Origin: Methanocaldococcus sp. 16A
Lineage (GTDB): Archaea; AGJL01; Methanococci; Methanococcales; Methanocaldococcaceae
Strand: one strand, 5' to 3'
DNA length: 64,000 nt
Assembly: GCA_049860595.1 (NCBI GenBank)
Contig: CP187551.1
The notes beneath the pieces are model-generated. The model did no database searches. It was not told the DNA's origin and saw nothing but the letters and a program-made list of their open reading frames with translations. Within the stretch, counting starts at the first letter, position 1. Every line of letters begins with the position of its first letter. Both the position numbers and the translations under genes were made by a program. Positions 57,133-64,000 of this stretch are shown piece by piece.

Positions 57133-58977
57133 ATGAGAGAAGAAAAGAAAATGGTTATCTTTTGCATAGTTATTTTTGTTGTTGGAGTTTTAGGCATATT
57201 ATTTGTAAATTCAGATATATTTAGTTACTCTTCTGATGTTTATGTCAAAAATTATGAAGCAAATCTATATATTGACAAAAACTTAACCTTAGAGGAATCA
57301 TATACCTATGAAATTTTAGCAAATAAAAAATATAAAATGCTATATAGAGATTGGAAGGTCCCACTAACATATAATGAAACCTTAAAAACTCCTTATGTGG
57401 AGTTATTGAATCTTTCAGCATTTTCAAAAAATATGTATGGTTATGTTGTAGATTATAAAGGAAGAGTATATCTTTTTGGTGGGGATACCATAGTTAAATA
57501 TAATCTTCTAAGTCTTATAAATTACTACAACATAAAGAATGAAGTAGGTTTTTACAATCCAAACCATTACGGTGTAGGTAATTATAATATGCATTATAAA
57601 TTTTTTATTTATCCACCAATTGAAACAGACAATAAAACATCTCACATAAATTTATTGATAGCAGATGAACACATACCTTACGAAAATGTGAAAATAAACA
57701 TAATTGATAAAAATAAAAGTATTTTAAATTTATTTGTCTATCCAGATACATACAAAGTACACAAAACTAGTTTTGGTTATGTTATTGAAGGTAAAAGTGG
57801 AAAAGATGAGCCTATAGAGTTAGAATTTCTTTTAAAACCAAATACAGTTAATGGTTATGTAACCTATTATGGTTATATAGCAGATGTCAGAGAGAAAACA
57901 ATTTCAGCATATAGAAACTATCAAATGATAAACAATTTTTCAATAATATTGAAATACTTCCTAATGTTTTTAATATTAGTATTTCCTTTGATAGCCTACT
58001 ATATATATTTAAAATATGGAAAGGAGAAATTTTATGTTGTTCCAGAGTATTTAAGCTATGTTCCAAACAAAAATAGAAAGCCATGGGTAGTTAATCTTAT
58101 ATTTAATGGTGAAGTGGGAAATTTTGATAAAAATGGATTTTATGCTACATTATTAGATTTACATAATAGAGGCTACATAAAGATAATTAGGGATAACGGA
58201 GATATAAAAATAAAAATTTTAAAGAAAGATGAAGAATTAAATGATTTAGACCTATATGAGAAAGAAGTTATGGACTTTTTGATTAGATATGCTAAAGATG
58301 ATGAGTTCAATCCAAAAGACCTTGAAAATTCTATTTCAAAGGTAAGAGATGAATATAAAATTAAAAGGTTGTGGAATGAGATTAATAGCGTTATGAAATA
58401 TCCTCCATTTTCATCAACATTAACAAAGATGTTCTTAGAAACAAAAGGTAAAGATATATTATGGATATCTTTGGCTGTCTCTATAGGATTGGCGTTAATT
58501 TTATTTGGTATCTCAATGAATTACTCTAAATACTACCCAGCACTTAAAGATATTCCATATCTCTCAATTATCTTAGTTATACAGAACATAATATTGATAT
58601 TAACTCCAAAATCTCTATTTGGAAGATGGAAAAACGACTACTATAAAGAAAAACTTGAATGGGATGCATTTAAAAAATTTCTATCTGACCTTGCGATGAT
58701 TAAAAAATATTCTCCAGAAGATATTTCAATTTGGAAAGATTGGTTAATATATGGAACTGCTTTAGGCGTGGGAAATAAAGTTGTAGAGGCTATGAAATCA
58801 TTAAATATAAATATTCCTGAAGCAGATATAGCTCCAGCAGTTTATATTGCATATGGTTCAATGTATTCTTCCATAAATAATGCTTATAGCTCTACTGTCG
58901 CAAGTTCTTCTTCAAGTTCTATTGGTGGCTTTGGAGCTGGAGGAGGATTTGGTGGCGGTGGAGGAGGAGCAAGATAA
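57133..58977 (+). CDS. DUF2207 membrane protein
   Basis: [23 protein letters not shown], Gly-rich tail [12 protein letters not shown]; downstream of lemA. Confidence 0.88.
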   Translation: MREEKKMVIFCIVIFVVGVLGILFVNSDIFSYSSDVYVKNYEANLYIDKNLTLEESYTYEILANKKYKMLYRDWKVPLTYNETLKTPYVELLNLSAFSKNMYGYVVDYKGRVYLFGGDTIVKYNLLSLINYYNIKNEVGFYNPNHYGVGNYNMHYKFFIYPPIETDNKTSHINLLIADEHIPYENVKINIIDKNKSILNLFVYPDTYKVHKTSFGYVIEGKSGKDEPIELEFLLKPNTVNGYVTYYGYIADVREKTISAYRNYQMINNFSIILKYFLMFLILVFPLIAYYIYLKYGKEKFYVVPEYLSYVPNKNRKPWVVNLIFNGEVGNFDKNGFYATLLDLHNRGYIKIIRDNGDIKIKILKKDEELNDLDLYEKEVMDFLIRYAKDDEFNPKDLENSISKVRDEYKIKRLWNEINSVMKYPPFSSTLTKMFLETKGKDILWISLAVSIGLALILFGISMNYSKYYPALKDIPYLSIILVIQNIILILTPKSLFGRWKNDYYKEKLEWDAFKKFLSDLAMIKKYSPEDISIWKDWLIYGTALGVGNKVVEAMKSLNINIPEADIAPAVYIAYGSMYSSINNAYSSTVASSSSSSIGGFGAGGGFGGGGGGAR

Positions 58978-58990
58978 ATAGAGGGAAATT

Positions 58991-59755
58991 ATGGAAAAAA
59001 AGGTTATAATAGTTGGAGCAGGTCCAGGGGACCCAGAGTTAATAACAATCAAAGGTAAAAAGGCAATAGAAGAGGCAGATGTTATTATTTATGCTGGCTC
59101 GTTAGTTAATGAAAAGCTTTTAGAATATAACAAAAAAAATGCTGAAATTTACAACAGTGCAAATATGGATTTAGAAGAAATTGTTAATGTAATGGTTAAA
59201 GCAGTTGAACAAGGAAAAAAAGTTGTTAGATTGCACACAGGAGACCCATCTATTTATGGAGCTATAAAGGAGCAGATTGATGAATTAGCAAAACATGGAA
59301 TAGATGTTGAAATAATTCCAGGAGTTAGTTCTTTATTTGCAGCAACTGCATCATTGAAGGTTGAACTAACTCTTCCAGAAGTCTCTCAGACAGTTATTAT
59401 TACAAGACCTGAAGGAAGAACCCCAATGCCAGAAAAAGAAAAGCTTAGAGATTTGGCTAAGCACCAATCAACAATGGCTATTTTTTTAGGAGTTTCAATG
59501 ATTGATAAAGTTGTTAAAGAACTAATTGAGGGAGGTTATAAAGAAGAAACTCCTGTAGCTGTTGTATATCACGCCTCATGGGATGATGAGAAAATTGTTA
59601 AAGGAACTTTAAAAGATATTGCTGAAAAGGTAAAAAAAGAGGGGATTAAAAAAACTGCCTTAATAATTGTTGGAGAAGTTTTAAATCCTAAGCATTATGC
59701 ATATTCAAAACTTTACGATAAAGAATTTGAGCATGGATACAGAAAGAAAAAATAA
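58991..59755 (+). CDS. cbiF: cobalt-precorrin-4 C11-methyltransferase
   Basis: VGAGPGDPELIT, YAGSLV, RLHTGDPSIYGA, SQTVIITR, SKLYD.F.HGYR. Confidence 0.94.
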   Translation: MEKKVIIVGAGPGDPELITIKGKKAIEEADVIIYAGSLVNEKLLEYNKKNAEIYNSANMDLEEIVNVMVKAVEQGKKVVRLHTGDPSIYGAIKEQIDELAKHGIDVEIIPGVSSLFAATASLKVELTLPEVSQTVIITRPEGRTPMPEKEKLRDLAKHQSTMAIFLGVSMIDKVVKELIEGGYKEETPVAVVYHASWDDEKIVKGTLKDIAEKVKKEGIKKTALIIVGEVLNPKHYAYSKLYDKEFEHGYRKKK

Positions 59756-59929
59756 TTTTGATGATGAAACTTTTTTTAAAAGCATAGAAGGAAACCCTCT
59801 ATTGCTATACACCACGTCCATTAAGTTGCCCCTAAAAGGGGCAATTAATGTCCAATATTATTGTGAGGCATTTCCGAGCGTAGCGAGGCAATGCATCCGT
59901 TTTGATGAAACTTTTTTTAAAAGTTTCAT
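59756..59929. repeat. composite hairpin cassette (partial module A, module B reversed, hairpins C and D, module A)
   Basis: TGATGAAACTTTTTTTAAAAG occurs twice; ATAGAAGG-AAA-CCCTCTAT; TTGCCCCT-AAA-AGGGGCAA; GCATTTCC-GAGCGTAGCGA-GGCAATGC. Confidence 0.85.
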
Positions 59930-59932
59930 TTA

Positions 59933-59980
59933 AAGCTCTACAACAAAGAGTTTGAGCATGGCTATAGAAAAAAGAAATGA
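59933..59980 (+). other. orphan duplicate of the cbiF 3' end (KLYNKEFEHGYRKKK*)
   Basis: 14/15 aa identical to 59708-59755 with 10 nt differences in 48. Confidence 0.9.
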
Positions 59981-60193
59981 CTACTTATTTTTTCTCTCTT
60001 CTATTTTTTCAAGCAATATTTTTAAATCAGTTTTTTTAGTTATGTTGGTTTCTTTTTCTAAGAGCTCTTTAACTTTTTGTTCAAGCTCTTCTAAGCTTTC
60101 AACACTTTCTAAAAGCCCTTTAATAAACTCCATATTCGCCATATAAGGCAAAGCATCAAGCATCAACAATTTAATCTCTTCTTTTTGGCTCAT
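59981..60193 (-). CDS. small hypothetical protein
   Basis: 70 aa helical, charged ORF overlapping the DUF2304 gene end. Confidence 0.7.
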   Translation of the reverse strand: MSQKEEIKLLMLDALPYMANMEFIKGLLESVESLEELEQKVKELLEKETNITKKTDLKILLEKIEERKNK

Positions 60194-60515
60194 ATCTATC
60201 CCTTATAGCAATTTCTCTAACTATATGGGTTATCTGCCTCTCTAAGGCATCAATCTTAGCATACAACCTATAAATTAAGTAGAATAGAAGTACAATTGAT
60301 ATATACATGAGAGCATCTACTCCTCTTCCAACCCCTAAAATATTAGCTACATATCCAAAGAATTCTGGAAATATTAAGAATACAACAACAGAACTCCAAA
60401 CAAAAATCCAGAATAAACCTTCATTTAGTGTCATACTTCTCTTTTTTAACTGTAATATAACCCTTGACAATGCAAACAATGCAAATGCAATCCCAACTAT
60501 CTGAATCAATCCCAT
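60171..60515 (-). CDS. DUF2304 membrane protein
   Basis: LFW..W, LGVGRGVD..Y, IT.IVREIAI. Confidence 0.88.
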   Translation of the reverse strand: MGLIQIVGIAFALFALSRVILQLKKRSMTLNEGLFWIFVWSSVVVFLIFPEFFGYVANILGVGRGVDALMYISIVLLFYLIYRLYAKIDALERQITHIVREIAIRDRYEPKRRD

Positions 60516-60599
60516 AATCTTTCCTCCAAAATTTTTATAAACTTCTTACTTTATTAATACTTCTACTAAGGTCATATATATTTTTAGTTAGGGATTGTT

Positions 60600-61508
60600 A
60601 TGAGGCATCTAATTTCAATGAAAGACATGGGGAAGAATGAGATTTTAGAGATTTTAGAAGAAGCTAAGAAGATGGAAGAGCTTTTAAATACAAAGAAACC
60701 TTTAAAGTTGTTGGAAGGGAAGATATTAGCTACTGTTTTTTATGAACCCTCAACAAGAACACGGCTGAGTTTTGAAACAGCCATGAAGAGGTTAGGAGGA
60801 GAAGTAATAACAATGACTGATTTAAAAAGCTCCTCTGTTGCAAAAGGAGAGAGTTTAATTGATACAATTAGAGTGATTAGCGGCTACGCAGATATAATTG
60901 TTTTGAGGCATCCAAGTGAAGGAGCTGCAAGATTGGCAAGTGAGTATTCAGAAGTTCCAATTATAAATGCTGGAGATGGTAGCAATCAGCATCCAACCCA
61001 GACACTTTTAGATTTATACACAATAATGAGAGAGATTGGAAAAATAGATGGAATAAAAATAGCTTTTGTTGGAGATTTGAAATATGGAAGAACTGTCCAC
61101 TCCTTAGTTTATGCTCTCTCTTTATTTGACAATGTTGAGATGTATTTTGTATCCCCAAAAGAATTAAAGATGCCAAGAGATATAATTGAGGATTTGAAAT
61201 TTAAGAATATAAAATTCTATGAAAAAGAAAGTTTAGATGAAATTAATGAGGATATAGATGTTTTGTATGTGACAAGAATTCAAAAAGAGAGATTCCCAGA
61301 CCCCAATGAATATGAAAAGGTTAAGGGTAGCTATAAAATAAAAAGAGAATATGTTGAAGGAAAAAAGTTTATAATCATGCATCCTTTGCCAAGAGTTGAT
61401 GAGATTGATTATGATGTTGATGATTTACCTCAAGCAAAGTATTTTAAACAGAGTTTTTATGGAATTCCAGTAAGAATGGCTATTTTGAAGAAATTACTGT
61501 TAAGTTAA
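60600..61508 (+). CDS. pyrB: aspartate carbamoyltransferase catalytic subunit
   Basis: EPSTRTRLSF, NAGDG..HPTQ, GDLKYGRT, RIQKER, MHPLP. Confidence 0.97.
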   Translation: MRHLISMKDMGKNEILEILEEAKKMEELLNTKKPLKLLEGKILATVFYEPSTRTRLSFETAMKRLGGEVITMTDLKSSSVAKGESLIDTIRVISGYADIIVLRHPSEGAARLASEYSEVPIINAGDGSNQHPTQTLLDLYTIMREIGKIDGIKIAFVGDLKYGRTVHSLVYALSLFDNVEMYFVSPKELKMPRDIIEDLKFKNIKFYEKESLDEINEDIDVLYVTRIQKERFPDPNEYEKVKGSYKIKREYVEGKKFIIMHPLPRVDEIDYDVDDLPQAKYFKQSFYGIPVRMAILKKLLLS

Positions 61509-61512
61509 AAAA

Positions 61513-62583
61513 TTAAAATAAAAATCTTTTTAACTCAATAGCATTGTACGGACACATCTCATGACAACAATAGCAGTTTATGCATTTTTTCCTATCTATT
61601 TTCAAATTAATTATTGCATTAACTGGGCAAACCTTTTCACAGATTCTACACTTTAGGCAGTTGCTTCTATTTATCTTTGGTTTTGGTGTCATAAGATTGA
61701 AAATTATTTTAATTATTTGAGGAGGCAATATAGAATTTAAAAAAACTGTGTCTGGTTTTTTAAATTTGATAGGTTTTATTTCATTGAGAGATTTTTTCTC
61801 ATTTTTATCTGCATCTATTACTTCGAAATCAACTTTAAGCAATCTATTTGTTAAAATGTCGTCCATATTATAACCAATATAATAGGAAGCAAATAAATCA
61901 ACTGCAACAGGATTTGTAGAGCTTATAACTATCTTTGAATGCTTTGGCTTTCCGTTACTTGGTCCGTTTCCTTCCATTCCCCAAATTCCATCCATTATGG
62001 TTATAATTTTCCTATTCTTGGTTATAAATTTATAAAGCTCTACCAACAACTCTGCAAAATTTTCTTCCTTTGGAAAATGTCCATGAAGTTTTGGCTTTAA
62101 ACCTCCAGGAATACAGCCGTATAAATTTTTAACAGCTCCAGTAAATTTCATTAAAATGTGAGTTTTTAATTTTGGGATATTTATTATTAAATCACTCTCA
62201 ATAACCGTTTTTGGAATTGGGATTTCTTTATCAAGAATTTTTATTTTTACGTGCTCATCTTTCTCAAATGGAATATATTCTATACCATATTTTATGCAAA
62301 CATCTTCAATTCCAGAAACTCTAAAAGATTTTCTTGTTGAATATCCAGATGACTCTCCAACAATAATTTCTCCATTAAAATTATTCTGTAGATATTTTAT
62401 AATCCACTCTAAGAATTTTGGATGTGTTGTAACTGCTCTCTCAGGAGGATAAGGTCCAAGAATATTTGGCTTTATTAATATTTTATCAAATTCTTTAAGA
62501 TTGCAAGATTTAAATGTTAAATCTAAAATGTTATTATCTAATGAGTCATAATTTTCCCTTATTGCATAATAAACTTTTTCCAT
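61513..62583 (-). CDS. DUF362 domain protein with C-terminal 2x[4Fe-4S] ferredoxin
   Basis: IKPN, TTHP, PKLKTH, TGAVKN, GMEGNGP, two CxxCxxCxxxCP motifs. Confidence 0.9.
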   Translation of the reverse strand: MEKVYYAIRENYDSLDNNILDLTFKSCNLKEFDKILIKPNILGPYPPERAVTTHPKFLEWIIKYLQNNFNGEIIVGESSGYSTRKSFRVSGIEDVCIKYGIEYIPFEKDEHVKIKILDKEIPIPKTVIESDLIINIPKLKTHILMKFTGAVKNLYGCIPGGLKPKLHGHFPKEENFAELLVELYKFITKNRKIITIMDGIWGMEGNGPSNGKPKHSKIVISSTNPVAVDLFASYYIGYNMDDILTNRLLKVDFEVIDADKNEKKSLNEIKPIKFKKPDTVFLNSILPPQIIKIIFNLMTPKPKINRSNCLKCRICEKVCPVNAIINLKIDRKKCINCYCCHEMCPYNAIELKRFLF

Positions 62584-62628
62584 TTTATCCCTCATTAAAA
62601 TTATTTAATTTATTATTTAGGTGGTTCT

Positions 62629-63375
62629 ATGATTTATGTTGATGCCCACTGTCATATAGAGGATAAAGCATTTAATAAAAATAGAGATGAAGTAATTGAG
62701 AGAGCTAAAAAAGAGAATGTTATAATAGTAACAAGTGGAGCAAGCTTAGGAGGATGTTTAAGAGCTTTAGAATTTAAGAAAAAATATAATATTTATATTT
62801 ATTTAACTTTAGGTTATCATCCTTCAAGGGTTAAAGCTGATGATAAAGTTGTAGAGAAGGTTTATAATTTAATTAAAAATAATGAGAATGAGATTTTAGC
62901 TGTTGGAGAGATTGGGATGGATATTAAAGATGAAAACTATGAAAGGCAAGAAGAAATATTTAAAAAATTTTTATCATTAGCAGAAGAGCTTGACAAACCA
63001 ATTGTAGTTCATGCAAGAGGTTTTGAGAGGAAGATATTTGATATAGCTAAAGATAAAGTTGATATTATGTTCCACTGCTATAGTGGAGATGTAGAGTTAG
63101 CTAAGGAAATAATTAAGGAGGAGCATTTAATATCAATCTCAACATTGGTTTGCTTTTCAGAACATCACAAAAAACTTGTTGAGAGCTTAGATTTGGATTA
63201 TTTAACAACAGAAACTGATAGCCCTTATTTATCTCCTATTAAAGGTACTAAAAATGAACCAAAAAATGTTAAATTGGTTGTTGAAGAGATAGCTAAAATT
63301 AAAGAGATGGATGTTGAAGAAGTGGCAGATATCATTTATAAAAATACTTGCAAATTTTTTAAGAGGAGATTATAA
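62629..63375 (+). CDS. tatD: TatD family deoxyribonuclease
   Basis: DAHCH, GYHP, VGEIGMD, VHAR, HCYSG, ETDSPY. Confidence 0.92.
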   Translation: MIYVDAHCHIEDKAFNKNRDEVIERAKKENVIIVTSGASLGGCLRALEFKKKYNIYIYLTLGYHPSRVKADDKVVEKVYNLIKNNENEILAVGEIGMDIKDENYERQEEIFKKFLSLAEELDKPIVVHARGFERKIFDIAKDKVDIMFHCYSGDVELAKEIIKEEHLISISTLVCFSEHHKKLVESLDLDYLTTETDSPYLSPIKGTKNEPKNVKLVVEEIAKIKEMDVEEVADIIYKNTCKFFKRRL

Positions 63376-63752
63376 TGTTTTACTTAAAACCTATTGGAAT
63401 TGTAGAGCAGAATGAGAATTATACTATTTTAGAGATATTTGATGAATATATAGATGGATTAGATGGTTTAAAAGAAAGAGATTATATTATTATTCTCCTT
63501 TGGTTTCACAAAAGTGATGATGAGGAAAAAAGAAAAATTTTAAAGGTTCATCCAAAAGGGAATATAAAAAATCCATTAAAGGGAGTGTTTGCTACTCGCT
63601 CTCCATATAGACCAAATCCTATTGGAAAATACACAGTAAAAATCCACAAAATTAATAAAAATAAAATTTTTATTGATAAAATTGATGCTTATGATAAGAC
63701 ACCAATTATTGATATAAAAATATTTTCAGAAGAGTTGGATTGTCCAAAATAA
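63375..63752 (+). CDS. trmO: tRNA m6t6A37 methyltransferase TrmO/TsaA-like
   Basis: LKPIG, LDGL, GVFATRSPYRPNPIG, TPIIDIK. Confidence 0.88.
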   Translation: MFYLKPIGIVEQNENYTILEIFDEYIDGLDGLKERDYIIILLWFHKSDDEEKRKILKVHPKGNIKNPLKGVFATRSPYRPNPIGKYTVKIHKINKNKIFIDKIDAYDKTPIIDIKIFSEELDCPK

Positions 63753-64000
63753 TTATTTTCTATCTCCATAATATATCTTTAATGCCTCTTCTAAACTCTT
63801 TCCTTCAATAGTTATTGCATATATTGCGTTGCACATCCTTATAGCATCATCTAATGGTTTTTGATGGATATTTCTTCCTGTTGCATTACCCCTTGCTCCA
63901 CTAATATTTATCTGCTCCCAAATCTGCCTTAAGAATTTCTCCGGCTCTATACTTTTTCCTCCAGCACATAAAACTCCTGTTCTCCCTGCAGCTAAAACTG
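63753..64000 (-). CDS. class I aldolase (DhnA-type), C-terminal part
   Basis: Read manually: LAAGRTGVLCAGG...GARGNATGRNIHQK...GDRK*, runs off window end. Confidence 0.8.
   Translation of the reverse strand, partial: VLAAGRTGVLCAGGKSIEPEKFLRQIWEQINISGARGNATGRNIHQKPLDDAIRMCNAIYAITIEGKSLEEALKIYYGDRK

Noticed and set aside
58920-58977. GGN repeats at the end of the DUF2207 gene
   Set aside because: Encode the family's normal Gly-rich tail.
59697-59933. 78-aa ORF across the hairpin cassette
   Set aside because: Overlaps cbiF out of frame and merely translates the repeats (FDDETFFKS / FDETFFKS); no RBS.
61509-62628. DUF362 gene as a hairpin-linked insertion
   Set aside because: It is inverted relative to its neighbours, but no hairpin modules or duplicated gene ends are visible at its borders.

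Overview
AT-rich archaeal chromosomal window, almost certainly from a Methanocaldococcus species. It has the methanogen-type SerRS, ADP-dependent PFK/glucokinase and a McrA-type YcaO, and its gene order resembles blocks I recall from M. jannaschii. It holds about 55 mostly housekeeping CDS (Rio2, trpE, serS, aroE, mvk, cbiMNQO, nifB, ycaO, tiaS, a glycogen cluster, cobD, Clp1, Lon-like protease, rad50-mre11, map, guaAA, cbiF, pyrB, tatD), one IS6-family element and four pseudogenes. No rRNA, tRNA or CRISPR array was seen. The intergenic DNA carries two classes of hairpin repeat. (1) At least 8 copies of a ~95-110 bp TIR element (MJRE-like) with compensatory base changes; one copy is interrupted by the IS6 and several arms supply stop codons. 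(2) A family of short polar hairpin modules. The most unusual observation is that these modules sit exactly at the junction of duplicated, synonymously diverged gene ends (cbiF 3' end, cobD 5' end, probably an ATPase 5' end), with the same 'TTCA|' junction at cbiF and cobD. This suggests a hairpin-defined, one-ended gene-end/allele replacement mechanism; the mechanism is my inference.
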